Shown here in pieces: positions 36,691 through 51,068 of a stretch of 64,000 nt of DNA. Position numbers and translations under genes: made by a program. The DNA comes from Octopus sinensis. Its lineage: Eukaryota. The first letter of the stretch is position 1. Each line of letters starts with the position of its first letter. The notes under the pieces were generated by a model, which saw nothing but the letters and a program-made list of their open reading frames with translations, did not search any database and was not told the origin of the DNA. The DNA lies in the NCBI RefSeq assembly GCF_006345805.1, contig NC_043003.1, positions 116,808,001 to 116,872,000 of the forward strand, given 5' to 3'.

Positions 36691-36984
36691 TTCTTTGGGT
36701 TCTTAACAGACATGGGACGACCTCGATAGTTTTTTTTAAATTCTGGTCCTAAATAATTGTTCGTTATCGTGTTTCTTTCGATAAATTGGAACAGAAACTG
36801 ACAATAATCATAAGCAAAGGACACAGGAGAGCATAATCTTTCCTACTCTAGTCACAAGTCCCGAAATTTTGGCGCCAGTCGATAAAATCCACCCTAGTAC
36901 GCAACTGGTACTTAATTTATAGGTGACCATATTAGCTACTGCATCCGTTCTTGGAATAACGGAGTACAATATGAAAGAGAGAGA

Positions 36985-37030
<46 letters not shown>

Positions 37031-38377
37031 GCTATTTCTCGCAGCTCTGCTAGGAACATACTGTCTGCATATTAGATTTTAATTCCAAAATCTGAAAATG
37101 TTGCCACAGATTTATCTCCCCTTCTTCTACGAACCAGTTAATTTCGTATTTATTTTTTGTACATACTTCAACGTGTTCTCTAGGAATTCCTCCTGAAATT
37201 TAAACCTGAGAATGCAAGAATAGAGTCAGGATATAATTGGAAGACGATACATAATATTACGAGATCTTCTTGCAGACTCTCGAGGGATTCGTTCTTTATT
37301 TAAACAGTTGGGCATTCATCACATGCCATGCATTCATAGAGGAAATGTCGCTGATATGGAAACTCGTGCATAGATACACGCACAGACACACACATGCGCA
37401 CGCGAGCGCGCTCACACTCACGTTCACGCACATACACACAGACACGTTCACACACATACACACAGTCATGTTCACACACACATACAGAGAGGCACACACG
37501 CTAATACTCACATTCACAAACACACACACACACACACACGCTCACATTCACATACACACATACAGCCGTCCAAGTATTTTGACCTGGAGATCTTCATTTC
37601 CAGCGACTTCAAGGGCCACCTCCCAGTGGTGTCGGGCGTCAACGAAGAGCCCTCAACTACAACAAGACGACCAAAGTTTTTTCTCCAAGCGTCATCCGCC
37701 CCTAAGCCCTAGACCATCACCTAATCACCCTTACCCGTCTTGTTGTTAACAACAACAACAACAACTACACACATACACACGCTCACATTCACATACACAC
37801 ACCCACACATAAACACGTGTAAATATATATGTATGCGTGCGTGTGAGTGTGTGTATGTACGTGCGTGTGTACGTATTAATGTCATACTTGGTACAATATA
37901 AATTTGTCTCAACACTTTTGGATTGAAATTTGTTTTCAGACTTGAACGAATAGAATCGCAGCATTTTAGTTTACCAAATTTTATGTGTTTATAACTTTTT
38001 TGAATCTATTACGTCTGAGAAAATAATTGTTTTATGCATATTTCAGATAGTTTACCGCAAGAAATTAAAAGTAGCAGTCGGAAACTGAGTGAAACAAATC
38101 GACTGGGGAAAATATCAGGTGGTTTTTACCTCAAGAAAAGGACACCACCACAGACAGATTAAGATTGTGAGGGTTGAGAAGACGAATAGCAGTGCCGTGT
38201 ATGGCAGCCTAAACATTAGCAACAGAAGAAAAGAAGACACTGGTCTTTGCTTCAAATGAGGAGGTGAGAAGAGTTGGAGAGGATCTGAAGAAAGTAGACA
38301 ACGGAGAAACACCGACGTAGATCTTCTAGGAATACTAAACGAATACTGAAGCTCTAGAAGCCTACATTATGTTCAAA

Positions 38378-38790
38378 GGTGAAAGGAGTGGCTGTGTGGT
38401 AAGTAGCTTGCTTACCAACCACATGGTTCCAGGTTCAGCCCCACTACGTGGCACCTTGGGCAAGTGTTCTTCTACTATAGCCTCGGGCTGACCAAAGTCT
38501 TGTGAGTGGATTTGGTAGACGCAAACTGAAAGAAGCCTGTCGTATATATGTATATATGTATATGTTTGTGTGTGTTTGTATGTCTGTGTTTGTCCTCCCA
38601 ACATCGCTTGACAACCGATGCTGGTGTGTTCATGTCACCGTAACTTAGCGGTTCAGTAAAAGAGACCGATAGAATAAGTGCTAGGCTTATGAAGAATAAG
38701 TCCCAGGGTCGATTTTATCGATTAAAGGCGGTGCTCCAGCATGGCCGCAGTCAAATGACTGAAACAAGTAAAAGAGTAAAAGAGTAAGAG
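38378..38790 (+). mobile_element. SINE family A, full length
   Basis: Colinear with 7893; tail (AAAGAGTA)n. Confidence 0.92.
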
Positions 38791-38869
38791 AATGCGACAG
38801 CATCCTCAACGGAAATAATCCTGAGGCTGTCAAGAAATCTCTAAGGAAATTTAACACCGAGCAAACTCG

Positions 38870-39545
38870 CCAGTGATCCGATTTAGGGGCAAACTACTGA
38901 CCAGCGTCTACATACTTAGATACAGTACTTTAATTTGCTTCTTTGTAAAGGAAAAAGAGCTTGCGTTGAGTGTTTTCAATTTCTATGGCACCCAGATATG
39001 GATTACGGAGAAAGGTCATCAAGATCCCCTTCATGGTACGTACAGCAAGTTTCTTATAGAGGATCAAATCTTCTCATGGCATGACCCCATGAGATTATTA
39101 AAGGTATAGAGAGGAAAACAGCTCCATGGACATATTCCGGCCGTTTCTGCGGCTCTTATTAAAAACAGTATATCCAAGATTGTCCATTTTGGGGAGTTAG
39201 CAGAGGATAACCGACCACACGGTAGTCCAAAGAAGCGATATAAGGATCATCTCAAGAAATCCCCGAAGCTCTGCATCACCCCTGGTGAATTGAAACATTG
39301 GCCCCAGACCGTACTACCTGGAGGTGTATGATCAAAACTGGTACGCAACATTTTGAGGACTAGACTTCTCGAAGAAAAGCGGAGAAAAAATCCTAGACGT
39401 CGGAGCCCTCTTCGCTGCTCACAGTGTAATCTGACGCGTGCCTCCAGAATCGGTCTTTTCAGCCACGAGAGAGCTTGCCAAAGCCATCAAGACAACCCCT
39501 AAGGATCAAAGATGACGCCATTTCTCAAGATGGACTGCCTTAAGC
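38870..39545 (+). mobile_element. RTE-clade LINE 3' end, degenerate
   Basis: Translated pieces FYGTQIW, FGELAEDNRPHGSPKKRYKDHLKKS, LAPDRTTWR, FRCSQC...SRIGLFSHER; same motif order as 19598-20040. Confidence 0.85.
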
Positions 39546-39792
39546 AAGTAAGCATTGAAAGCAGGGTTAATTTTGCTGTTTGCCGCCATAGTGCTACATA
39601 CTAAATATATGTTGTTGTTTCACTAAGATGAACAATCAACTGTTTTGAAGATATTAGCAGAAACACAAAATGTTATAAATGACCCGTCAGAACTAAACAA
39701 AAGCAGAAATGGCCAATGCGGCACTTGGTTACCTCGAACTGTTAGTAATAGTTTGTGAAAATGTTCAATTCCAATAATAATTCTCCCCCACC

Positions 39793-39847
<55 letters not shown>

Positions 39848-40445
39848 TTATCTATCTATCTATCTTTCTATCTATCTATCTATCTATCTCTTTCGTTTCT
39901 TGTCTTTATATCGTGTATATATACATCATATTCAAAATATAAACAGACACTAATATACACACACATATATGTAAATTATACGAACACGCCTGTATGTGTG
40001 TATGTTCTGTCCGCTACCATTTGTTGATATGCATGTGTGTGTGTGTGTGTGTGTGTGTGTGAGTGCATATGTCTTTGTGTATGTGCTTGTGTGTGTCTGT
40101 GCATGTACCTTGTGCGCGTATCTGTGTGTGTGTCTATGTTTTCTGTCCACAAGTTAAATAGTTTTATAAAAAAAATATTCTATTTACCTTCATTATGGTG
40201 GCTAGAATTCTGTCTTGCTATAACATAGAATACGATATTACAACAGCGTTGAAAAGTAATAACACCAAAATATTATTATATTGTTTTCATTACCTTACTC
40301 ATACCTCGTTTCTCTTTCGTCTCGCTTTATATTTATCTTTCAGGCTTTTTGCATGCATACATATATACAAACATACGCATATCTCTGTGTGTGTGCGTGT
40401 ATGTGTGTGTATGTATAAGTATATATATACACACATATAGATATA

Positions 40446-40496
<51 letters not shown>

Positions 40497-40700
40497 CTGT
40501 GTGTGAGTTCGTGTGTGATTGTGTGGTATAGTTATTTTTCCCATCAGAAAGCAAACATTTTTTTTCTACAACTTTATGTATTATTCATATATACAATTTC
40601 TTTTTTTTTATTTTTATTTTTCAATCCAAACAAATTTCACTTTCCCCGTTCTTCAATCATTTGCAAAAATGACACGCTCCGATGTTGCGAAAGTATGTAT

Positions 40701-40734
<34 letters not shown>

Positions 40735-40777
40735 CATTTATATGTACATATCTATACATATATAATATATACATACC

Positions 40778-40815
<38 letters not shown>

Positions 40816-41247
40816 GTACATGTATTGATCTTTGATTTTTTTTTCTCACTTCTTTCAATTTCAAAAATGTCCAGACTAAATGGAATGGCATTTTCTAATA
40901 TGAATGCAAATTGTCTTGCATCGAGACATAGCAACACATTCTATCAGGTAGACTTTAATTTTATGATTTTATGATTCATATGTGTTATTCATCGTCTCTT
41001 CACATCTCTGCCATAATTTCATCGGTTGTGAGGGAGGTGGAAGACGAAGGGCGAGAGAGGTGGCAGGTAATAAACACATTAAATAACTACTAAATATAGC
41101 ATCGCTCGTAGTAAACATAATTAGAGAGATCACATATACGAACACACTACATCATTGTCGACATGTAAGCATAATATATATTATATATATATATATATAG
41201 TTTGTGTGTAATATACATATTATATGCGTATATATATTATATATATA

Positions 41248-41282
<35 letters not shown>

Positions 41283-41355
41283 GATATATATATATATATA
41301 TACTTATATAAATACATATGTGTGTATATATATATATATACACATATATACATAC

Positions 41356-41374
<19 letters not shown>

Positions 41375-41389
<15 letters not shown>

Positions 41390-41690
41390 ATCTGTGTGTG
41401 TGTTTATCCATGTAATATGTCTGTACATATATATGGTGTGTGTGTATACATATTTATATGCGTATATATATATACACACTTATATCAATACATATGTGTG
41501 TATATATATATATACACACACACATATACATACATATATATACACACATATATATATATTTGTATCTGTGTGTGTGTTTATCCATGTATACATGTCTGTA
41601 TATATACATACACACATATATACATAAATATATATATATATTTGTATCTGTGTGTGTGTTTACCCATGTATACATGTCTGCATGTGTGTA
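41375..41690 (+). repeat. Imperfect tandem repeat of a TA/TG-rich unit x3
   Basis: Core TTGTATCTGTGTGTGTGTTTA(T/C)CCATGTA.ACATGTCTG recurs three times. Confidence 0.8.
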
Positions 41691-42099
41691 GGTAGGTATT
41701 TGTTTATTCGTATACATCTTTACAGAGTCTTGCATAGATTTCAAATGCAAAAACATTCAGTATGTTTGTACTTGGGGAGGGGCAGAGGCAGCTAGGAATA
41801 CGTATGTTAGCCGTTTAGGATTCATGGAGCCTTGTCACTCAATGGCAGTTCTCACTGATGTAAATACTAAGAAATACGATGACTCATACATGCACATATA
41901 GGTGTGTGTACATGTGTGGTGTGTGTATATGTATGTATATATATATATAATATATATATGTATGTATGTGTGTGTGTATATATATATATATGTATATTTA
42001 TGTGCGTATATATATATGTCTGTATATGTAAGTATTTACATACATACATATATATATGTATGTATGTATGTATATACATCCCTCTCATATGTAAATATG

Positions 42100-42146
<47 letters not shown>

Positions 42147-42178
42147 CCATCATGTATATATGTATTCATACATATATA

Positions 42179-42213
<35 letters not shown>

Positions 42214-42296
42214 GTGCTCATGCGTGTGTTTGTGTTGTGTGTTTATGTATAACCAAATATATATATATATATCTATATATATATATATATATATAT

Positions 42297-42389
<93 letters not shown>

Positions 42390-42775
42390 ATATATATATA
42401 TATATATATTATAATATATATATATATATATATAACACTCTGATATGTAATTATGTAGAAGTGTGGGTTTCTGTTCCGGTTTTTGTAAAGAAACAGACTG
42501 AAACCCTTTAACAGCGTGGAGAGCAGACAAACTCAGCGAGAACTGAATCAAATTAAAATAAGGAAGTGAATGAGAGATTGGTAAAAAAGATAATGTTTGT
42601 CTCTTGACACGGTTTATTACTTTGGAGAGAGGCACGTGACCTCCACACTCTACCGTAAATAGTGTGTTAATACAGTTAGGAATTTATGAAAAACAGAGAG
42701 AAATCTTAGATTTGTTGAAATTCAATAAATTATTCATCTATCTATTGAGTGATATTCTTAATAATATACATGAAT

Positions 42776-43440
<665 letters not shown>

Positions 43441-43459
43441 TAATAATAATGATAATAAA

Positions 43460-43540
<81 letters not shown>

Positions 43541-44160
43541 TTGCCCCATGACAAAAACTGGTGGGAACACAAACCACCTCCAATCCTTGAAAATGACCAC
43601 ATCTCACTCCTCTGGAACTTCACCATCCAAACTGACAGAAAGATAGACGCGAATAGGCCAGACATCATATTGAAAGACTTCAGACAAAAAACATGCCTCC
43701 TCATTGATATGACTGCCCCAATCGATATAAACGTATCTCTCAAGACCTACCAGAAACTGAGCAAATATAAAGATCTTGAAATAGAAATCAGCAAAATGTG
43801 GAACCTGAAGACTAAAGCAATACCTTTTGTCATAGGTACCCTGGGAATGATAGCAAAAGGGGCAGATGGCTACCTAATTCAGATACCAGGAAACCCCAAA
43901 ATGGCAGAAATTCAGAAGATAGTGCTCATGGGAACTGGTCATATCCTACGCAAAATACTTTCTTTGTAATCTCAAGTTTTAAAACAAACATAATTTTCGT
44001 ATGGTCTTTTAGACATTCACTAGTACAACACTAAGTACAAAACCAAATATATGGCACCCTAGGCATAACACCAATATGAACTTCCAACTTGTTGTCTCTT
44101 GAGGTCTCTGGGTGAGACTTGGAGCCAGCTTGTGAAAATGTAAAGCAAAAGTCAAACATA
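43541..44160 (+). mobile_element. R4/Dong-like LINE 3' end with intact restriction-like endonuclease domain
   Basis: ORF 43541-43969: LLWNFTIQTDRKIDANRPDII..K...CLLID...P......K..K..KYKDLEIEISKMW (PD..D/K RLE motif); inserted in (TAA)n. Confidence 0.93.
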
Positions 44161-44255
44161 TAATAATAATAATAATAATAATAATATTAATAATAATAAT
44201 AATAATAATAACAATAATAATAATAGCAATAATGCTGATAATGATAATAATGATA

Positions 44256-44286
<31 letters not shown>

Positions 44287-44357
44287 TCATAACAATAATA
44301 ATAATAATGATAATAATGGTTTCAAATGATAAGTCCATTACATCGGACAGTGTTCAA

Positions 44358-44460
44358 TTGGTACTTATTTTATCGCCCCTGAAAGGATGAAAGGTGAAGT
44401 CGACCTCAGTGGAATTTGAACTCAGAACCTAACGCCATACGAAATGCTGCTAACCATTCT
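44358..44460 (-). mobile_element. SINE B fragment
   Basis: GGTACTTATTTTATCG...GAAAGGATGAAAGG.GAAGTCGACCTC.G.GGAATTTGAACTCAGAAC. Confidence 0.8.
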
Positions 44461-46190
44461 ATTGTATGCACATTCATCCACGCCATACAGTTTGAAGTGT
44501 GTTTCACTTTATATCCGTTTTATCATTTTATGCTAACACCATTTCGTATATTTTCTACCTTCTCCTCTCGTTGGCTCTCCCCTTCTCTCTCTCTCTCACC
44601 CCACTTCTCTCCCTTCGGCGAAAGATAGACATCATGAAAGCAGGTAGACAAGCAGAGGTAAATACAGAGACAGAAAAACAAGTGGGAGACATCAATGCAT
44701 AAAGGAAAAATTATAAACATCATGCAAATATCTTCTAATCCAATTCTATTCATTTTTCGCTTTCTGTTAATTTCTCAATTTTCCTAATGTTCATATTTAT
44801 CTCCCCTTCTCTGTCTGCTCGCCTTTACCTCTTTCTCATTATACCGCAACCTATCTATCTATATATCTACCAATACACATTTATCTACCCCTATACGTAT
44901 ATATTATTTCCACTTCTATTTATATGCACCCTTCCACCGCTCTCCATATTTCTCTTTACGTCTGTTTCTGTCTCTTTTCACCTTATTTTTCATTCAACCT
45001 GTTTTACATTTTCTATATATTTGTTTACAGTCACGTCATCAATCTTACGTTTTCGAAATTCTATCTACGGCCACTTTTCACACACACAATCATATATGTG
45101 TGTGTATATATATATATACATATATACACACACACACACGCATTCACATATATCTGTGAGTATATATATATGTATGTATGTATGTATATATGTATGTATA
45201 TACATATATATATATATATATAATACATACATACATACATACATATACACATACATACCACACACACACACATATACGTGTGTGTATGCCCGTGCGTGTA
45301 TGCCCGTGCGCGCAGGCCTGCGTGTGGGTGTGTGCGTGTATATGTGTCTGTCTATATGTACCTGTAACTCTATCGTTTCTCACTTTCCGCAGCTTTAAAC
45401 CTCTTTTTCCTTATTTTCTTTCCTTCACCTCTCGCTCCCTATTATCTCTCTTTCTTTCTTTCTTTCTTTCTTTCCCCTGTACCCCTCTTCCCCGTTCAAT
45501 TTGACAGTTGCTATACTTTTATAAACCCACCTCATCAATCTTAACAACCCTACGTAGGAATTGTGGTGAAGAAAATTACACATCGTGGGTCACTTTGTAG
45601 CATGCACATACCTCGTTAAGTTAAAGCGATTCTACTACATCTCTCGTGACCAAATCATGAAATAGCAGCCTAGAATACTCAAAGCATCTTTCTATACGCC
45701 TTCTTAAATACACACCATAGCTTTTAAAGTCGGAAGAATAAAATAACCTCATCTCCATCATTTATCCTAGAACACAAAAACAAAACACACAAAAAAAACA
45801 TATAAATGGTTAAAATGATGGATCTGGTCAATGCAACGGTGACAATGAAAGGTTTCTACGGTATAATAATATGAGACAATTGTGGTATACTGCAACGTGG
45901 ATATTATTTTTTCAACTATCACCATCTCTATTAACACTATGGCTTCAACTAAACTACTGAGATATGAGATGAAGTACCTGTGTGAACACGCTACCCCGAG
46001 TCGCTGAAATGGCAGAATCGTTACATCATCAGAAAAAATATCTTTAAGGTAATAATTACATTCTGAGTTCAAAATCTCAGCAAGGTGAATTTTAAGATTT
46101 GCTCCTTCGAGGACAAGAACTAAGATACATTATTTACATTTGACGGATATTTGTCCTCATTTTGTTTGTTGCTAATACAACGGACACCAA

Positions 46191-46416
46191 TTTTTTTTTA
46201 GTACCCACAAGGGGCTAAACACAGTTAGAACAAACAAGGACAGACAAATGGATTAAGTCGATTACATCGACCCCAGCGCGTAACTGGTACTTAATTTATC
46301 GACCCCGAAAGGATGAAAGGCAAAGTTGACCTCGGCGGAATTTGAACTCAGAACGTAACGACAGACGAAATACCTATTTCTTTACTACTCACAAGGGGCT
46401 AAACACAGAGAGGACA
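46191..46416 (-). mobile_element. SINE B body unit plus start of a second tandem unit
   Basis: Junction GACGAAATACCTATTTCTTTACTAC matches the junction in the 15637 dimer. Confidence 0.88.
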
Positions 46417-46462
46417 AACACCTGATGAAGGCTGGAGGGTATATCAGCCGAAACGTTGTGTT
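46417..46462 (+). ncRNA. Minimal type I hammerhead ribozyme, complete core
   Basis: AACAC-CUGAUGA-A-GGCUG-GAGGGUAUAU-CAGCC-GAAAC-GU-U-GUGUU: 5-bp stem I, 5-bp stem II, palindromic AACGUU stem III. Confidence 0.72.
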
Positions 46463-46595
46463 AACATCAAACAAGATGAGGACAAATATCCCTCAAATGT
46501 AAATAATGTAAATAATGTACATAATTCCGCTTCTCTTAAATATAGAACTAGAAGAACTAAGATCTCTGTTATATACAGGGCCCGTTCTATTTTCC

Positions 46596-46850
46596 TCATT
46601 GGCGGAATTGCTGTGAAGGTGCTTCGTTAATTCAATCAACTGCTCTTCATGCCCTCCCCAGTTCGTCACTGTCATTAGCAAATCTAGAATCTGTGATACT
46701 CCTCTCTCTGATGCTGACTATGGTCACAAGATCTTCCTGGGTGTCATTCATTAACTACTCCAAGAACATGTCGAAGAAAGGCGGATTATGAAGGCAGCTG
46801 CGTAGGAACCCTAGGCTGGTATCGAACCAATGATGCACTTTGGCCAGGAT
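46596..46850 (-). mobile_element. RTE-clade RT core fragment
   Basis: GFLRSCLHNPPFFDMFLE*LMND...VSIRERSITDSRFANDSD..EEQL aligns with the RTE motif GVRQGC.LSP.LFNIFLE...VSIGG..ITNLRFADD. Confidence 0.8.
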
Positions 46851-47084
46851 ATAGAGAACATTCCTAATTTTATTTTCTCGGAAATTGAGGGAAATTGAGC
46901 TTTGTGCTAGCAAACTAATTCCTCCGAGCATTTTAGAGAAACATTCAAAAACGGAACCATTACTAAAATGGAAGGCGTGGGGGGGGGTCTTGTAGGGAAC
47001 ATTAAACCCTCACCCGCACACACGCTTATATAAGCTGTTCTTATATTGACTAAAGTAAACACACATGTGAAAACATTATCTTTA

Positions 47085-47279
47085 AAATCATTCCAATGAT
47101 TAGACAGCGGCCATACTAGAGTAACGCCTTCAAGAATTATTCCCGAGCGAACTGAACCCCAATGCTTATATTTCAAAGCCTGGTACTTATTCTAACGGTG
47201 TCTTTTGCTGAACCGCTAAGTACGGGATGTAAACACACCAACACCGGTTGTCAAGTGATGGTGAGGGACAAACACAAAT

Positions 47280-47310
<31 letters not shown>

Positions 47311-47320
47311 AATATATATA
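47085..47320 (-). mobile_element. SINE A 3' half
   Basis: Reverse complement of CTTGACAACCG.TG.TGGTGTGTTTAC...CTTAGCGGTTC.GCAAAAGA.ACCG.TAGAATAAGTAC. Confidence 0.8.
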
Positions 47321-47327
47321 TAAAGAT

Positions 47328-48192
47328 TCGAACCATCCACCAGTTATCCTTAGCAACTTAGTCAGCAATGTAGGTAGAAGAATATCTTCAATTTCTTCGG
47401 ACGAGGCAGCATTCCATAATGCTGCACCTTATTACGATAGCGCATTAAAGAATAGTGGATTCTCGGAGAAGATCCAGTTCAACCAGCTTATGCTGCACGA
47501 AGAACTAGGACAGGAAAGTTTTGTGGTTCAACCCGGCTTTCAATTGGCCGTAAAGACTAATATAGGTAAGGAATTTTTGAGATTAGTCTCTAAGCATTTT
47601 AAGCAGGGTCATAAATTCTACAGATATTTTAATAGAAGAACCCTGAAGGTTAGCTATTCTTGTTGCAGAAATTTCGCCTCTTACATTAGCCAACATAATA
47701 GAAGCTAATTGAGATTAGACATGTGCCGAGCCCATTAAGAAATGTAATTGCAAAAACGAAAGCTCCTGTCCGTTAGAAGGGAAATGTCTAGTGAAAGGAG
47801 TGGTTTATAGAGCCAAGGTGCAAGTGGAGGCTCATCGGAATACAAGACATACACAGGGGCTTCAGAAAATTCATTTAAAACAAGATTTTATTCTCATAAG
47901 AATTCTTTTAAATACCCAGAGAATAGGAAGAAAACCAGCCTAGCAAAATATGTCTGGGAACTAAAAGAAAGGAAGCCCCACCTTTCAACGTGACATGGAG
48001 CATTCTGGACAGGGCGGCACCATACAGGCATGGAGCTTACAAATATAATTCAAGTGCAAGCTTTGCTTATTAGAAAAAATGCACATATTATTCAAAGACA
48101 ATCATTCTTTGAATCAAAGAAGTGAGTTAATGAACTTATGTAGGCACGCGGCTAAATTTAAAATGTCGAATATAAATATACCATATGGATAG
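47328..48192 (+). mobile_element. Penelope-like element: RT thumb/linker plus C-terminal GIY-YIG endonuclease, frameshifted
   Basis: SNHPP, WFNP, TNIGKEFL.L.SKHF, FNRRTLKVSYSC, CNCKNESSCPLEGKC, VVY..KTYTG..ENSFKTRFYSHK, SLAKYVW, CKLCLLEK, RSELMNLCRH. Confidence 0.93.
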
Positions 48193-49178
48193 AGATATTT
48201 TGTATTTTGATTTTGATTTTGATTTTGACTCTTAAGCGCTACGACGGATCTATAGCAAAGTCTTATTGTTTCTACATATATATTAGGAAAAACCTACAAA
48301 CTTTGTTTTCATGTTATTGTATTGCATAGGATTACCTTGATTATTTATATTACCTTGATTATTTATAAATGACCCAAAATAGGATGTTATATTTATTTTA
48401 TATGTCTTTCGTATATATTTTTATTAATGCACCCATTTTTAAAAGCAATGTTTTTTAAAAAAAGCATGTTGTCAAATTAGAATGTTTATATAAGTGTGTA
48501 TAGCAAAGCATATGTATTTGTAAGCATGCGTATCTGTGTATGTGTAAGTGAAAGTATGCTTGTGCTTAAGCACGCATACACACGACGGTATGTATATGTA
48601 TCAATTCAAACTTGTGTATGTATACTGGCCTCTATAGATGCCAATAACATCGCTACGTTCCCCCCCCCTCTTCGTTCCTTTTTCTCTCTTTCCCTTTCTT
48701 TCGTTCCCCCTCCTTGCTCAGTATATGAGAATTGCTACATAGATGAATTTTAGCTTGCGTGCGAGACGGTTTGCGTGAATATATGTACACATGCTTTTAT
48801 GTGTATAATTTAGATTCATATTCATACGTCTGTATATGTATGTATGGCGTTACGCGCATCCTTTTGTGTATGTTGATATATATATGTGGATTTTAATATA
48901 ATATGTATTGCAGTATTTATAACAGGTTTAATTTCTATGCATTAATTTGTACTGTCTTCATTAACGGCAATAGGTTTTTCCTCGGTTTTTCCTCGGATTT
49001 TATAATTTTTATAATTTTTATAAGTTTTTTATATATATATACATATATTTTGACCTTTTTGTTTATCGCTCGAAGATTGACCGTTTTTTCTAAAGGGCCA
49101 ATCAAACAAGTCCATTTCTTTTTAAAGGTGTAGCGTTTGTAAGAGTATAGATTGAATTAATATATATGTTCCATTCTA

Positions 49179-49230
49179 GCAAAAACTGTCTGATGAACGG
49201 CAACGAGAAACTCAGAGTAACAGATTTTGT
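49179..49230 (+). ncRNA. Type I hammerhead-like motif at the probable 3' terminus of the PLE
   Basis: Stem I GCAAAAACUGU/ACAGAUUUUGU (one mismatch), CUGAUGA, weak stem II A-CG-GCAA-CG-A, GAAAC, stem III ACUC-A-GAGU, GUA; followed by AATAAA and (TA)n at about 49250. Confidence 0.65.
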
Positions 49231-49255
49231 TGAATTTTCTGCTGCTTAAAATAAA

Positions 49256-49298
<43 letters not shown>

Positions 49299-49301
<3 letters not shown>

Positions 49302-49460
49302 CGAGGGCTTCTTTCAGTTTCCGTCTGCTAAATCCATTTGCAAAGCTTTCATCGGCTCAAAGATATAGTAAAAGTCACTCGCGCAAGGTTCTTCACAGTG
49401 GGACTGAACCCGGGACCATGTGATTGGGAAGCCATCTTCTTACCCCACCCCCACCCCTAT
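49299..49460 (-). mobile_element. SINE A 5' half
   Basis: GGGCTTCTTTCAGTTTCCGTCT...GTGGGACTGAACCCGG.ACCATGTG. Confidence 0.8.
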
Positions 49461-49830
49461 AAAATACATTTTTCTCTCATAAATATATAAAATAAAGGAC
49501 ATAAATTCGACATATATGAATACTTTCTGTCAAAGAAAAAAGTATTCGCAGTTGAAACTTTTCCAAATCTCATTGATTTCCTTTAATGGTTCGAGTACTG
49601 AATTATTCAAGCTCCAATCATTCTTGCCCCGGTGACCGGTCATTAAGTGAGGTGCAAAACCATGATACTCATACAAACAACTTCCATAAATTGCAGCAAT
49701 GGAGCCACAGCAACAGCTGAGATTTTCTTCTCTCAAGGCGTTTCCGAACTATTTTTTTACATCGAAATGTACGATAACCGGAAAACACCACAAACCTTTT
49801 ATTTATGTATGCTCATGGATGATGTATAAT

Positions 49831-50237
49831 CTTTACTCTTTTACTCTTTTACTTGTTTCAGTCATGTGACTGTGGCTATGCTGGAGCGCCGCCTTTAGTC
49901 GAATCAGATCGACCCCCAGGACTTATTCTTTGTAAGCCTAGTACTTATTCTATCGGTCTGTTTTGCCGAACCGCTAAATTACGAGGACGTAAACACACCA
50001 ACATCGGTTGTCAAGCGATGTTGGGGGGACAAACACAGACACACAAACACACACACATATATATTCATATATACGACGGGCTTCTTTCAGTTTCCGTCTA
50101 CCAAATCCACTCACAAGGCTTTGGTCGGCCGGAGGCTATAGTAGAAGACACTTGCCCAAGGTTCCACGCAGTGGGACTGAACCCGAAAGCATGTGGATAG
50201 TAAGCAAGCTACTTACCACACAAGCACTCCTCCGCCT
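49831..50237 (-). mobile_element. SINE family A, full length
   Basis: Reverse complement of the 7893 and 38378 copies, including the (TACTCTTT)n tail. Confidence 0.92.
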
Positions 50238-51068
50238 ATGTATGTGTTACTTTTTTTTTTTTACACCTGTACGTGGGCAATGCCAATCTTTTTAGAGCAT
50301 GAAAAGATAATGGCGATTTTACACTTTAAAGATATATTTGTTGTAGGAGTAAATATCATGCCAGCCACGGCTCACTGTATGGTATTTATATCATCGAAGG
50401 AAAGTTAATTACCACGAAGTGGGGAATGTCTAACGAACTGTTTTGTCCCGTCTTGTTACAATATTGTTGCTTTCAGCGTTACAACCACGCTTTGATCGAA
50501 TTTGTAAATCTATAGTTTAATCAACAATGATCTACTGAAGTTCATTTAAATGGTTACACAACGTGATAATTGTTGGCTTGTATCGATTTGAGACGATTGG
50601 GCGCAGCTGTTTGGGTGCTGTTGATTCGGCACGGGTGAAGGTGCATTCAGCCGGTTCTGGAAACAGTAATTTTTGGCACTGGAGGCAAACATACGCGCAC
50701 GCACGCGCAGAAATATATGCATACAGATAGAGAGTTTGAGATGGAAAGAAATAAACATATTACTTCTTCTCATTAACATAAAGATAAAAATGTTCACAAA
50801 CATAAACTGAGAGATGGGGAAGAGAGGGAGAAGGCAGAGAGGGGGGAGATGTAGAGAGATGGAAGGATAAAAGGAAAGAAACAGTAAAACAAGAGAAGTA
50901 TTAAAACGCCTGATGTCCAAACAAGCCAGCGCCGAAACAGCGACGCCAAAATGTCTCAAACGAGTTTGTTTCTGCAGATGTTAATAAATCATGAGAAGAA
51001 ACATCATGGCATTCCCGTTGATACACCGATCGCAGTTATAAATCTTTATCTTTTCAGGTCACAAATAT

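Larger units (their letters stand above)
46126..46545 (+). mobile_element. PLE pseudo-LTR-like element with inverted 5' copy, interrupted by SINE B
   Basis: 46126-46182 is the reverse complement of 46454-46510; HHR at 46417-46462. Confidence 0.7.

Noticed and set aside
38047-38340. Acceptor-like TTTCAG followed by a short open frame, and a GLCFK*GG gag zinc-knuckle-like peptide
   Set aside because: Weak donor, in-frame stops, similarity too short to support either an exon or an LTR element.
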